Origin: a virus
Lineage: Duplodnaviria > Caudoviricetes
Length of the DNA: 64,000 nucleotides
IMG/VR virus record: IMGVR_UViG_3300022555_000045
Span: 1 to 64,000 of that record
Direction: 5' to 3' (one strand)
Under the pieces are notes generated by a model. That model was given only the letters and a program-made list of their open reading frames with translations. It had not been told where the DNA came from and ran no database searches. Positions 9,093-19,242 of this stretch are shown piece by piece; position 1 is the first letter of the stretch; every line of letters starts with the position of its first letter. The position numbers and the translations under genes were made by a program.

Positions 9093-9262
9093 AAGGACCT
9101 AAACTAGACTCCTCTGGGTATTGAATATGATGTCATCCAAGAAGCTACGTCGTCAAGTAGTAGCTGACATGCAACACGAGTTCTATATGGAGTTGGACGG
9201 TAAGTCAAACATGTTCATTAAAACTGACATTGAAAAAGTAGCACTCATAAGGTAAATACATC

Positions 9263-10248
9263 ATGACATTGAGAGCACCTTATCCATTTTTCGGTAAGAA
9301 GTCAGACATAGCGGAGAAGGTGTGGTACCACTTGGGGCAACCTAGTAACTACATCGAGCCTTTTTTAGGGTCAGGTGCAATGTTACTAGGGCGTCCTAAC
9401 TGGAAGCCTTCTAAGTTCATTGAAACAGTAAACGATATTGATGGGTACATTTGTAACTTCTGGCGGGCTATTCAAAAAGACCCAGAAAAAGTAGCTTATT
9501 ACGCTGACTATCCTACTAATGAGATAGACCTATCCGCTAGGCATTATTGGTTAATAACTAAAGGTGCTAAAAACTTGAAACTTTACTTGGTGATCCACAC
9601 AAATACAGTGCTAAAGTTGCAGGTTGGTGGGTGTGGGGCTTGTGTAATTGGATTGGTGGAGGTTGGTGCAGCGGAGAAGATTCGTGGTTATGGTCCAAAA
9701 ATACTTGGATACAACTTCCTAAAGATAGAGACTCCAAAGAAATAGGTATATCTAAACGACTACCGCATATTAACGGCAGTCAAGGGGTTAATTGTAAGGA
9801 CAGAAGTAAAATAATACTACCATGGTTCAACAAACTCTCTAGACGTTTAAGCGAAGTTAATGTAGTCAACGGTGACTGGAGTAGAATTATGGGATATACT
9901 CCTACTACTAGGCAGGGTACAACGGGGGTCTTTTTAGACCCACCGTACGCTGAAGGGCGTGTTAAAGTTTATACTAACGACGACGTTAACATTACTGCTA
10001 GCGTACTAGAGTGGTGCAGAGAGAACGGAAATAATAAAGAATTTCGCATAGCCTTGTGTGGCTATGATTCGCCTGAGTTTATGTTAAAAGGTTGGAAGGC
10101 TTGGAAGTGGAAAGCTAGGGGTGGTTATGGTAATAAGAGTGACGGTCGTGGTAGAGAGAACGCTAGTAGGGAGGTTGTTTGGTTTTCTCCACACTGTCTT
10201 AATCTAAACTTCATTGACGGTAATAAGGCTAAATCATTGTTCTCTTAA
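9263..10248 (+). pseudogene. Dam-like (D12-class) DNA adenine methyltransferase split by a 1-nt frameshift
   Basis: YPFFGKK/YIEPFLGSG in ORF 9263..9745 and FLDPPY in ORF 9631..10248. One extra A in the A5 run at 9569-9573 gives a continuous 328-aa protein (...GAKKLETLLGDPHKYSAKVAGWW...). Confidence 0.8.
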
Positions 10249-10262
10249 AGGAACTTGTAACC

Positions 10263-10712
10263 ATGTTTGATTATCAGTTTACCCTGGTGGAAACTCCACA
10301 TAAAGGGTTATTTACCGTTCTACTACCTGATTTTCCGGGAATTTGTTGTATTCGTAAGTCTAAAGAGGATGCCTTTAATAGTGCTGTAAAACAACTATCT
10401 ATTAAACTACAAACACTTATGGCTAACAACAACTATTTACCTAAACCTTCACCAAACTCTTTTTCTAGCGAGCTAAAGCTTCCTTTTGTCTTTAAGCTTA
10501 AACTAACGTTGTACGCTAGACTTAGAGCAGAGGGTTACTCTAAGAGGAAGCTTGAAGGTAAGCTTATTGACTACTTTGGGTTTTCTAAACACGATGCGGA
10601 ACAAGTACTTGATTTGTCGGCACCAGTTAATTTAGATTTTCTAAACTACGCTTTTGAAGTTTTAGGTACTACTATTGTACCGTTCTTGTCCGAAGCAAAG
10701 CCTACCACGTAA
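10263..10712 (+). CDS. hicB: HicB-family antitoxin (HicB fold plus HTH), no cognate hicA nearby
   Basis: FTVLLPDFPGICC..KSKEDAF..A...LPKPS followed by an HTH ending AFEVLG, as in E. coli HicB. Confidence 0.75.
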   Translation: MFDYQFTLVETPHKGLFTVLLPDFPGICCIRKSKEDAFNSAVKQLSIKLQTLMANNNYLPKPSPNSFSSELKLPFVFKLKLTLYARLRAEGYSKRKLEGKLIDYFGFSKHDAEQVLDLSAPVNLDFLNYAFEVLGTTIVPFLSEAKPTT

Positions 10713-10727
10713 ATAGGAATTAAGAAA

Positions 10728-12974
10728 ATGGCGAAACCTAACGTTGTTCCAAACAAGTCGTTAAAAAAGGCTGACCTTGCTAACGTCATCAATACTTTAG
10801 GTTTCCCGCCGTCTTCTTATCAACAATCTGTTTTTGACTATTACCTCAACTCAGATTCTCCTAAAGTTAGTCCTTTTCTACTAATTAACGCGGTTGCTGG
10901 GTCGGCTAAGACCACCTCTATCCTACAAGCGGTTCAGTTTATCCCGAATCGGAAAGCTAGAACAAGTTTTCTAGCTTTCAATAATCACATTTCAAAGGAA
11001 ATCAAGAGCAAGCTTGATGAGTTTGGTATTTCTACTGTTTTCCCTGGACAATCAGGCTTGTCAGTTCAGACCTTTAACGCTATGGGGTTTAGATCAGTAT
11101 TATTAGTTCGGCCGGATACTACTTTGATACCTGAAAACAACACTAAAATTAGGGCTATTTTTCAACAGTTTAAGTCTCAACCGTTAGAAGAATCTAAAAA
11201 GGAAAAGTACAAGGAGTTGCAAGACTTCGTTATTGACTTAGTTAATCTAGCTCGTAACTTTGGCTTGGCTCCTAAAGATATTGACGGTTATACTTTACGC
11301 CCGGTAGAACTTGACACGATCAAGAACTTGAAGGCTATAGTAGAAGAGTATGACCTTCGTCCAGAGAACGACATTGATGTTGCTATAGCTGTTGCTAAAC
11401 GTAAAATTGTGGATGCCGCAATAGCTAAAGGTAAAGACCCTACCAAGGTTAAATTTGATCCTAAGACTTTGCCTACTCAGGCTGATCTTGACGCCATTAT
11501 GATCAAAGAACTTAAACTAGCACGTAGGGTACTCCGTTCTAGTTTAAGACAGTCTATCTTTGGTTATGTCAATCCACCTAAGCCAGATTGTCCTTATGAG
11601 GACGCTGGTAAAAAGTTGATTGACTTTACTGATCAAGTTTATCTTGTTGCCGTTGATCCTGCTACTAGGCTTCCACAGATTGATTACCTACTAGTTGATG
11701 AAGCACAAGATACTAACGCTATTCGGTTACGAATTATTGAGCGGTTGATTGAGAACAACCCCAATATTAGGATTACTTGTGTTGGGGACAAAAAACAGGC
11801 AATTTACGCGTGGTCAGGAGCAGATGATAACTCAATCGACACAATAAAGAGGACTTTGCAAAAATACGCACCTGTAACAGAGTTGACTTTGCCAATATCT
11901 TATAGGTGTCCTCAAGAGATAGTCAACCTAGCTAAACACTATGTACCGTACATTGAAGCGTCACCTGTTGCTGATATTGGTAAGGTAGATACTGTAACCA
12001 CGTACAACAAGTTTACGTTTATGCAGCCCGACACTGCTGTGTTGTGTAGGTTCAACGCACCACTTATAACTTTAGCTATGGAGCTATTAGCAAGACAAGT
12101 ACCTATACTTATAGTAGGCAGAGAAATCCATAAAGGGTTACTAAAGCTTGTTAGTAAGTCTAAGGCTAAGACAGTTAAAGAGTTGCGGGACACTTTACAG
12201 ATTATGTTGAGAGAGCCTAATCTCAAAGAAGGTTATGAAGATAAAATTCAATGTGTCATGGCAATCGTCTCCAATCTTAAACCTACCGATCCCACTGACC
12301 GGGTCGTTAACTTGATTGAGAGCGTGTTCTCAGACCGTAACAGTAAAAACGCAGTAAAGTTGTCGTCTATTCATCGGGTTAAGGGAATGGAGTTTAACAA
12401 CGTATTCATCTTAGACACTCCGTTTAATCCCATCCTGTTGAAGTCTAAACAAGAAGACAACCTTAAGTACGTCGCTCTGACTCGGACTAAGAAGTGGCTA
12501 CGCTTTATTAAACCTGATAGCTGGAAAGATTACGGCGTATTAGAGTCACCGGAACCTCGGTACCATTACGACATGGCTATTAGCGAACTTATCGCTAAGG
12601 ACCGTAAGCGCGAACTCAGTAAGAAGATTGCTAGTGGTACGAAAGCGGTCAAATCTGGAGTTGTATCTAAAGGTTTAACTAAGGGTATAGGTAAATTACC
12701 TACTAAAATTGACCCGGAGACTGGAGAGGTTTTAGAAGGTAATAACTACAGTAACTTATCAGGACAAGCTTTAGTTGACTTTGTAGACTCTTATAGGACT
12801 AAAGCCCGTATGGAGCCAGTACCTTCTATAGCGTCGAGGCTAGTTAAAACTCCGAAACCCGTAGAACCTGTGTCAGTCGGTTCGTTGCTCATATATCCGT
12901 CCACTACTTTTGCTGACGCTAACGATGATAATGCTAATAATGCTGACGAAGACGACGATGAAGACGGCAATTAA
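10728..12974 (+). CDS. UvrD/Rep-like SF1 helicase with acidic C-terminal tail
   Basis: AVAGSAKTT, LLVDEAQD, VGDKKQAIY, SYRCP, SIHRVKGMEF, YVALTR. Confidence 0.92.
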   Translation: MAKPNVVPNKSLKKADLANVINTLGFPPSSYQQSVFDYYLNSDSPKVSPFLLINAVAGSAKTTSILQAVQFIPNRKARTSFLAFNNHISKEIKSKLDEFGISTVFPGQSGLSVQTFNAMGFRSVLLVRPDTTLIPENNTKIRAIFQQFKSQPLEESKKEKYKELQDFVIDLVNLARNFGLAPKDIDGYTLRPVELDTIKNLKAIVEEYDLRPENDIDVAIAVAKRKIVDAAIAKGKDPTKVKFDPKTLPTQADLDAIMIKELKLARRVLRSSLRQSIFGYVNPPKPDCPYEDAGKKLIDFTDQVYLVAVDPATRLPQIDYLLVDEAQDTNAIRLRIIERLIENNPNIRITCVGDKKQAIYAWSGADDNSIDTIKRTLQKYAPVTELTLPISYRCPQEIVNLAKHYVPYIEASPVADIGKVDTVTTYNKFTFMQPDTAVLCRFNAPLITLAMELLARQVPILIVGREIHKGLLKLVSKSKAKTVKELRDTLQIMLREPNLKEGYEDKIQCVMAIVSNLKPTDPTDRVVNLIESVFSDRNSKNAVKLSSIHRVKGMEFNNVFILDTPFNPILLKSKQEDNLKYVALTRTKKWLRFIKPDSWKDYGVLESPEPRYHYDMAISELIAKDRKRELSKKIASGTKAVKSGVVSKGLTKGIGKLPTKIDPETGEVLEGNNYSNLSGQALVDFVDSYRTKARMEPVPSIASRLVKTPKPVEPVSVGSLLIYPSTTFADANDDNANNADEDDDEDGN

Positions 12975-13010
12975 GTAGAGTGGACGGACGCAATATTTGT
13001 ACGAACTGAC

Positions 13011-13045
13011 AAACCCTGTTGACCAGTTTAAGGTCAACAGGGTTT
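13011..13045 (+). terminator. 14-bp hairpin after the helicase
   Basis: AAACCCTGTTGACC / GGTCAACAGGGTTT. Confidence 0.7.
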
Positions 13046-13071
13046 TAGGATGTTTATAATTTTGCAAGACG

Positions 13072-13083
13072 AATCTTAATTTT
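13072..13083 (+). promoter_or_regulatory. AATCTTAATTTT motif upstream of terminase
   Basis: About 30 nt before the ATG at 13115. Confidence 0.55.
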
Positions 13084-13114
13084 TGACACCTGAGCTAATA
13101 AGGACTTTTAAACT

Positions 13115-16100
13115 ATGTCACGAATTTTTTTACCCAACAAAAAGCTAATTATTCCAGACGGTGTTAAGGTAACAAACTCCACAAGTAGTAATAACGTTGC
13201 TAAAGTTGTGAGTAAAGCCGATAAAGAAGCTGACGCCAAACGTAGGAAAGATGACTCGGAATCCCGTAAGACCGAAGCTAGGAAAAGTGAGCCTTTAGGT
13301 GAGGTAAAAATCAACAACAAGTACAAGCCCGCCAAGCCAGTTGTAGGAGTAGAGGGTAAATCTGAGAAGGTTAAGTCCGGTAAGTCGTCAGAGGGTAAGA
13401 AGATAGTGGCGGAAATTCTACCTCCGCTTCTTAAGCCTTCATCTATTGGACCCTCTAGTCCGGTTAGTTTAGGTGGGGTGGGGACGACAGGCTCGACCGG
13501 AAAGAAGGATAAGAAGTCGTGTTTGGGTTGCTCCAAGTTCATGACCTGTGTTGATATTAAAAAGGCGTTCAACTACTATTGCAACAAGTTTGAAGTTCGT
13601 GGATCATCTATTGATTTGGACTCTTTTGCTAAGCAGAACACTGTAGCAGAAGAAGCTACCGTTTCGTCTAAGGTTAACAAGCACGTTAAGCGTGACACTA
13701 CAGTTAAGAAGTACGAAGTTGATAACGTTGATTCTGATGTGGACCCTGGTGACTTTAACGTTCAGAAACTGATTAGGGAAGCCTCTTCGGATAGTCACAA
13801 TGTTGCTAAAGCTGGTGGCATAAAAATTGACGATAGAGATTTATCGTACGCTCCAAACTTTGTTTCTTTTCTAATTGATTCTTTCGGTGAAGTAGGTTAT
13901 GAGCCATGGGCTAAGCAAATCATGTTTGGTTCGATGCTTTTTGGAGATTACTGCTGGAGCCCTACCTGTTCAGACGCTAGATATGCCAAAAACATACCAG
14001 TAGGTGACACTGTAGACCAAGTTCTTGAAAGGATTACATTCCTAGAATGGGGAAAATGTCCAACCTGTGGAAAAACTAGACATGACTTCTGGAATGAGGG
14101 TAAACAGCACGATTACTATGAGTTTGTGGCACTCTTAGGACAGAGGTGCGGAAAAAGTAGTATAACTGCATTGATGTTCGCGTATCAGTTGCAACGTTTA
14201 ATAAAATTGGGAGTTCCTGCAAAAGTGTACCCTGGTGTGTTACCTAGTACACCATTGGTAGCTACTTTTGTTGCAGTGTCCTTCAAACAAGCTAAAGACG
14301 CTTTATACGAACCCTTCTTGGGTATGGTGGAGAGTAGTAGTTTTTACAAGGAATACCATAAGATTCTTGACTACTACGGAAATAAGCACGGGGAGCAACT
14401 ATATAAAGTTAGAGACACCTTTGTATGGTATTCCCCATCGAATTTAAGCCTTTTTCCCTCGACCACAAGCGGTAAGACTCTTCGTGGTTATACACGATGG
14501 GGAGCAGCCTGCTTGTCTGGAGATTCGTTAGTTTTGACAGATAAGGGTTTTATAGAAATTAAGAATAATCTTGTCGGGTTTACTACAAACACTACTACTA
14601 ACGAAATGAAAACAATAAGCAATTGGGCTTATACTGGTAAGAAAGAAGTAAAGCGTGTGACATTAGCTAATGGCTTATGGTTAAAAGTTACCGATGATCA
14701 TAAGATTCCTGTGTTGACTAAAACCTTGGACATTGAGACTAAACGTGTTGAAGATTTACAAGTAGGTGACTACGTTGGTGTAGCTTACAATACTCAAGTT
14801 TTTCCTAAAGTTAATCCTGAGTTTACGTTTAGTCATGCTTATCCAGTAAGGAAGTACGTTGAAATAATTAAGAAGGTTGGAGAACTAGGTACTTTTAGGC
14901 TTAGTGATTTAGGCATTTTAGGTAACACCTCTTCCGCTAGGAATACAGTGATTAAATTAGCTAAAGCTGGCATGGTGTATGTGGATCATAGAGTGGGTAG
15001 GTTTAGAGTCTATAAAATTACTTCAGAATTTACTATTGACAAAGCTATAGCCAGTCAAACGTCTGGTAAATTTAAACGTTATGCCATAACATTTCCTGCT
15101 ACTATGACTCCGGACCTAGCGGCGCTATTAGGGTGGTTTGTATCTGAAGGTACTTATAGTGAAATAGCTAGAGAGTTTATGATATGTAATACTGATAAAG
15201 TGGCAGCTGATCATATTGTAAACTCTGCTGAAAAAGTTTTTGGTGTTGCTCCTCGTATAAATTTAGATACGCGTGGAGGAAATTCTCCGTATAAAAGTAT
15301 ATGGAGGATATTTTTTGCCTACGAGAATACTAAAAATTTTCTACGCTACGTAGGACTAACTCCATCTCTATCAAAGACGAAGACTATTCCTTGGAGTGTG
15401 CTTACCTCTACTAAAGACTGCCAAAAAGCCTTCCTTCAAACCTTATTTGAAGGAGATGGTTGCTGTTGCACTGTTGACTGTAAAGTGTCTTATGCTACTA
15501 CTAGTAAAAAGTTAGCTTTACAGCTACAAATGATGTTGCTAAACTTTGGTATATATTCTAATCTTATAGTTTACGATGGAAGTAAACGCAGTGATAAGTA
15601 TAATATTTCATACCATATTGAGTTACCAGTTATTGAAGGTATGAAGTTTATAAAGCGTATAGGATTTCTAACAAAAAATAAAGCGTATCTTAAGGAAAGT
15701 ACCAGTAATAGGTATACTCACTTTAGGCTACCCTACATATCTTTTACGGGTAAGTATCCTGATAAGAGTGGTGCTTTTCAAAAGGTAAAGACTCACGTGT
15801 ACTCTATTGATTACGCTAACAGGAAGACTAAGAATAGAGGCTTAAACAAAGCAATGTTCGTACCTGGAATTCAGGACAAAATGGAGGCTTTGATTGATAA
15901 CCATACTATATGGCAACCTATTAAGTCTATCAAGAAGTTAAAACCTGCTGTTAAGACTTATGACATAACCGTTGATGATGCTACCCATAGTCTTGTTGCT
16001 CACGGTATGAGAATCAACAACTGCGACGAATTAGGACATCTTGCTGCTAAAGATAAAGGTGCAGTAAAGATGAACCCTGATTTAGTAGTAGACGCTTTAC

Positions 16101-17365
16101 GGCGCTCTTTGCTTACTGTAAGAGCAGGTGCTGATACGCTACATCGTAAAGGTAATTATGATGTACCTCATGTGTTGTTTGCAAACGTATCTTCTCCTAT
16201 GCATTTAACGGACAAAATCGTACGTTTGTACGAAGAATCTAAGAACTCTGAGTCGATGTTGGGATACCACTATTCCGTTTTTGAAGTAAACCCTCTTATC
16301 ACTGAGAAGGTGTTAGAAGCAGAACGTAGGTCTGACCCCGAAGGTTACAAGCGTGACTATTTAGCTATTCCTCCTCGTGCTACCCATGTATTCTTACCTT
16401 CTAAATCAGTATTGACTTCAGCTGTGGGTAAGCATAAGAATATTATAGCTTTAACACAGGAAACAGGTAAGTCTGCCGCAGGTTTACCGATTATACGAGC
16501 TAAGGCGAAAGTGTTAAAAAAGGACGCGGTTACTCCTCGTGTGCTTGCTATAGACGCGGGCCGGACAGATAACGCATTTGGAGGGTGTATCATGCACCTT
16601 AGGCAAACTACTGTAGGTAAAGATAAGGAAGGTAACGAGTTGATTGAGGAAATGCCTACAGTTGATGCCTTCTTTGAGATTGTACCTGAACCTAAGAAAC
16701 CTGTTAACTTCAATAATGTCTATGAAAAAGTCCTACGACCTATAATGATAGGACTTAACATAAAATATATTGTTGCTGATCGTTGGAACTCTGCAAAAAT
16801 TCTTGACGATTTAGAGGCCGAATTCGGGTGTGGGTGGTCGTTTTGGACGCTTCGATGGGAAAATTTTTTATTAGTAAAAAACTCCTTTATCAATAGTGAA
16901 GTTCTATTGCCTAAACCTGAAATTTCACTATCTGACGCTATGACTCTGAGTTCTAAAAATTACCCGTTTTCGATGATTGGAAAACCAGTTTCACACTTCA
17001 TGGTTGAGGCTATGACTGTGGAGGAGAGCATGGGTAAAACTGTCGAAAAAGGGGACAAACGGACAGACGACTTATTCCGTGCGTTCTGCCTAGCGTACTG
17101 TGCTCTGCACGATGAGGAAATACGTGACGAGTACCTATTCGGAGAAGAGGAGCCACCAGCCAAAGCTATAGACACAGGTAGTCTATGTTTCTATGGTTCC
17201 TACGGTGGCGGGGGCTCAGCACCTACTAGCAGAGGTGGTGGAATAGGGTCAGGTGCTACAGGTAACTTTTTCTCTGGTTCACTGTCTGGTGGGTCAGGTC
17301 ACAGTTCGGGTGGTGGTGCTTCTGGTGTAACAGGCAAAGTTTTCACTGGTGGTGACAAGAAGTAA
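13115..17365 (+). CDS. terL: terminase large subunit, intein-containing
   Basis: Walker A GQRCGKS; Walker B GAA|CDE split by the intein; nuclease motifs LAIDAG, ADRWNS, TDDLFRA. Confidence 0.9.
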   Translation: MSRIFLPNKKLIIPDGVKVTNSTSSNNVAKVVSKADKEADAKRRKDDSESRKTEARKSEPLGEVKINNKYKPAKPVVGVEGKSEKVKSGKSSEGKKIVAEILPPLLKPSSIGPSSPVSLGGVGTTGSTGKKDKKSCLGCSKFMTCVDIKKAFNYYCNKFEVRGSSIDLDSFAKQNTVAEEATVSSKVNKHVKRDTTVKKYEVDNVDSDVDPGDFNVQKLIREASSDSHNVAKAGGIKIDDRDLSYAPNFVSFLIDSFGEVGYEPWAKQIMFGSMLFGDYCWSPTCSDARYAKNIPVGDTVDQVLERITFLEWGKCPTCGKTRHDFWNEGKQHDYYEFVALLGQRCGKSSITALMFAYQLQRLIKLGVPAKVYPGVLPSTPLVATFVAVSFKQAKDALYEPFLGMVESSSFYKEYHKILDYYGNKHGEQLYKVRDTFVWYSPSNLSLFPSTTSGKTLRGYTRWGAACLSGDSLVLTDKGFIEIKNNLVGFTTNTTTNEMKTISNWAYTGKKEVKRVTLANGLWLKVTDDHKIPVLTKTLDIETKRVEDLQVGDYVGVAYNTQVFPKVNPEFTFSHAYPVRKYVEIIKKVGELGTFRLSDLGILGNTSSARNTVIKLAKAGMVYVDHRVGRFRVYKITSEFTIDKAIASQTSGKFKRYAITFPATMTPDLAALLGWFVSEGTYSEIAREFMICNTDKVAADHIVNSAEKVFGVAPRINLDTRGGNSPYKSIWRIFFAYENTKNFLRYVGLTPSLSKTKTIPWSVLTSTKDCQKAFLQTLFEGDGCCCTVDCKVSYATTSKKLALQLQMMLLNFGIYSNLIVYDGSKRSDKYNISYHIELPVIEGMKFIKRIGFLTKNKAYLKESTSNRYTHFRLPYISFTGKYPDKSGAFQKVKTHVYSIDYANRKTKNRGLNKAMFVPGIQDKMEALIDNHTIWQPIKSIKKLKPAVKTYDITVDDATHSLVAHGMRINNCDELGHLAAKDKGAVKMNPDLVVDALRRSLLTVRAGADTLHRKGNYDVPHVLFANVSSPMHLTDKIVRLYEESKNSESMLGYHYSVFEVNPLITEKVLEAERRSDPEGYKRDYLAIPPRATHVFLPSKSVLTSAVGKHKNIIALTQETGKSAAGLPIIRAKAKVLKKDAVTPRVLAIDAGRTDNAFGGCIMHLRQTTVGKDKEGNELIEEMPTVDAFFEIVPEPKKPVNFNNVYEKVLRPIMIGLNIKYIVADRWNSAKILDDLEAEFGCGWSFWTLRWENFLLVKNSFINSEVLLPKPEISLSDAMTLSSKNYPFSMIGKPVSHFMVEAMTVEESMGKTVEKGDKRTDDLFRAFCLAYCALHDEEIRDEYLFGEEEPPAKAIDTGSLCFYGSYGGGGSAPTSRGGGIGSGATGNFFSGSLSGGSGHSSGGGASGVTGKVFTGGDKK
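14510..16021 (+). mobile_element. 504-aa intein with LAGLIDADG endonuclease in TerL
   Basis: Starts CLSGDSLVLT, ends HGMRINN followed by +1 Cys; LLGWFVSEG and FLQTLFEGDG blocks. Confidence 0.92.
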
Positions 17366-17378
17366 CGGCACAATACAA

Positions 17379-17415
17379 GGGAGATTAGCTAGAAAAGAAC
17401 TCTAGCTAATCTCCC
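17379..17415 (+). terminator. 15-bp hairpin after terL
   Basis: GGGAGATTAGCTAGA / TCTAGCTAATCTCCC. Confidence 0.65.
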
Positions 17416-17416
17416 G

Positions 17417-17428
17417 ATTCTTAATTTT
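17417..17428 (+). promoter_or_regulatory. ATTCTTAATTTT motif variant upstream of 17454
   Basis: Immediately follows the hairpin. Confidence 0.45.
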
Positions 17429-17453
17429 AGAGATACAAGAATGGAAATCAAAA

Positions 17454-18200
17454 ATGAACTATACACAGGACTCCTCACAACTAGCTATTAGAGACCATCA
17501 AGCCTTAGACTACTTGTACGGTACAACGACTAGTTGCCTAATAGATTCAGCTAAGCTGCTGTTTAACAGGTTTAAGCAAGAATCCCACTTAATCAAAACT
17601 AATAGTTTAGTAGTGTCTGAGCATACACCTTTTGGCATTACGCTACATCTTAAGATTATATACCATGAGCCAATTACAAACTCAATAGCAGGCGTATATA
17701 ATCACGATACGCACACAATTACTATCTACTTCTCATGCTTTGATGTTCATGGGCATCTTGAGACGATTGAACACATTATATACGAACGCTTCAGTGATTT
17801 TCTACTTCTCGCCTTCCAAGACTTGGACTTAACAGAGAGCTTAGGTCCGTTATTAAAGTCGTTTGTAAAATTGGAAAGTAAACACCGTATAGACTACTTG
17901 GACTTCATTAGTCACCTTGCCGGTTACTGTAACACGTTACCCAAGTTGTTATTCGTAGAGATGCTAGGTGAGTCTTACCTTAAACCTACAGGTAACCACT
18001 CAGTTGCTAGTAAACTTCAAAAATTAGCCTATATAGAATCTGATGACTACATGAATGACTTTAGAAAAGAAGACTTAAGACAAGCTCACACTTGGCAAAT
18101 AGTCAAGGCTCAACTACCAGAACGGTTAGTAACCTTTATGTTCCGTCTACTTTTTGAGTTTTTAGAACGGCAGGCCACAGAATTGGACAATTACCTTTAA
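17454..18200 (+). CDS. hypothetical protein, possible degenerate zincin-like paralog of 40086..40949
   Basis: AGVYNHDTHTITI vs LGEYNYKTKTIEL; no HExxH. Confidence 0.7.
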   Translation: MNYTQDSSQLAIRDHQALDYLYGTTTSCLIDSAKLLFNRFKQESHLIKTNSLVVSEHTPFGITLHLKIIYHEPITNSIAGVYNHDTHTITIYFSCFDVHGHLETIEHIIYERFSDFLLLAFQDLDLTESLGPLLKSFVKLESKHRIDYLDFISHLAGYCNTLPKLLFVEMLGESYLKPTGNHSVASKLQKLAYIESDDYMNDFRKEDLRQAHTWQIVKAQLPERLVTFMFRLLFEFLERQATELDNYL

Positions 18201-18267
18201 CATTTGTGTTGACTACCGTAGTAAAAATAGTTTAAAAATAGCAAAAAAGAATAAACAGCTTCTGGGA

Positions 18268-18287
18268 GAATCTTAATTTTGTTTGTA
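18268..18287 (+). promoter_or_regulatory. GAATCTTAATTTTGTTTGTA motif, identical to 54313-54332
   Basis: Exact 20-nt match between two distant intergenic regions. Confidence 0.65.
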
Positions 18288-18309
18288 AGTCCCATAGGGA
18301 GATTTAAAA

Positions 18310-18531
18310 ATGACCGAAGTAACTTCAGCGTTTCCTCAGCGTAGGAATCCTTTATTCAACAGTTCGGCTGCTGCCGCTGCCCAGAACATCATAGATTCAA
18401 CTAAACCTTTCCTTACTGCACCAAAGAGTCCTGTCACTGGTAAACTGATGGTTCGGTCTAGCATTGGTGACATTCCTGTTTGGTGGTGCCCTACTAGCCG
18501 TATTGTTCTACCTGTAGCCAAAGAAGAATAA
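18310..18531 (+). CDS. small hypothetical (probable virion) protein
   Basis: 73-aa ORF with AGGGAG RBS. Confidence 0.7.
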   Translation: MTEVTSAFPQRRNPLFNSSAAAAAQNIIDSTKPFLTAPKSPVTGKLMVRSSIGDIPVWWCPTSRIVLPVAKEE

Positions 18532-18561
18532 CCCGTTAACCAAGTAAGAGAGCAACGAACC

Positions 18562-18753
18562 ATGCCAAGAATAATCAATTCTGACGATTGCACTAGCTGT
18601 GGTGCCTGTGAAGCAGAATGTCCTACAGCGGCTATTTCTGCTGGGGACACCTCAAGTGTAATTGACACTGGTAAGTGTAATGACTGCCCTGACCGGGATG
18701 ACCTATCCCGTTGTGAGGAAGCTTGTCCAGCCGACTGTATCCACCGGGTTTAA
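18562..18753 (+). CDS. 2[4Fe-4S] ferredoxin
   Basis: CTSCGACEAECP and CNDC-x8-CEEACP; the second cluster has the YfhL/Alvin-type insertion. Confidence 0.92.
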   Translation: MPRIINSDDCTSCGACEAECPTAAISAGDTSSVIDTGKCNDCPDRDDLSRCEEACPADCIHRV

Positions 18754-18786
18754 CTCAATAACTAATCTAACAAGAAAGTAATAATA

Positions 18787-19005
18787 ATGCCTACTATTCT
18801 TCATATTGAAGCCGGAACTGAAGACTGGGATCCTACTCCAGAAGACCTAGAAGGTCTGACCAAGCTGTTCTTGGAAGCCTCTAAAGAGCCTGACATTGCT
18901 GTAGTAGCCACTAGGGAGGGAGTTAAGGTTTCTGTTCTAACCGTACCTACAGTTGACTCAGTTAATGTTTCTGAAATCAAGTTGTATCACAACACAAAGG
19001 GCTAA
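18787..19005 (+). CDS. stand-alone copy of a portal sub-domain
   Basis: 22 of 44 aligned residues identical to the portal segment encoded at 20218-20349 (hand alignment). Confidence 0.75.
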   Translation: MPTILHIEAGTEDWDPTPEDLEGLTKLFLEASKEPDIAVVATREGVKVSVLTVPTVDSVNVSEIKLYHNTKG

Positions 19006-19012
19006 TCCTCTC

Positions 19013-19234
19013 ATGACTCAGAAGATTCTCCACATTAAAGTCGGTTCAGCGTTTAAGGCTTTGGACCAAGCTACCATCCTAGACCTGTTCAACAAGTTTG
19101 TTGCTGACATGACCAATTCTGAAGTCGCTGTTCAGAGTGGATTAACCTCTGAGATTGTTGACCTTAACGAACTTATGTACCTCTCCCCAACCTCCGTCAT
19201 GGCTATTTTAACCATTGACACCGAGTCCGAGTAA
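19013..19234 (+). CDS. second, more diverged portal sub-domain-like small protein
   Basis: KILHIKVGSAF...VAVQSGL vs portal GILHIEVGDSF...IATRSGV. Start moved to the ATG at 19013. Confidence 0.6.
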   Translation: MTQKILHIKVGSAFKALDQATILDLFNKFVADMTNSEVAVQSGLTSEIVDLNELMYLSPTSVMAILTIDTESE

Positions 19235-19242
19235 CCTAACTA

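Noticed and set aside
9566-9576. Programmed -1 ribosomal frameshift in the Dam-like gene
   Set aside because: T AAA AAC is not a canonical X XXY YYZ site and I saw no clear stimulatory structure; an indel is more likely.
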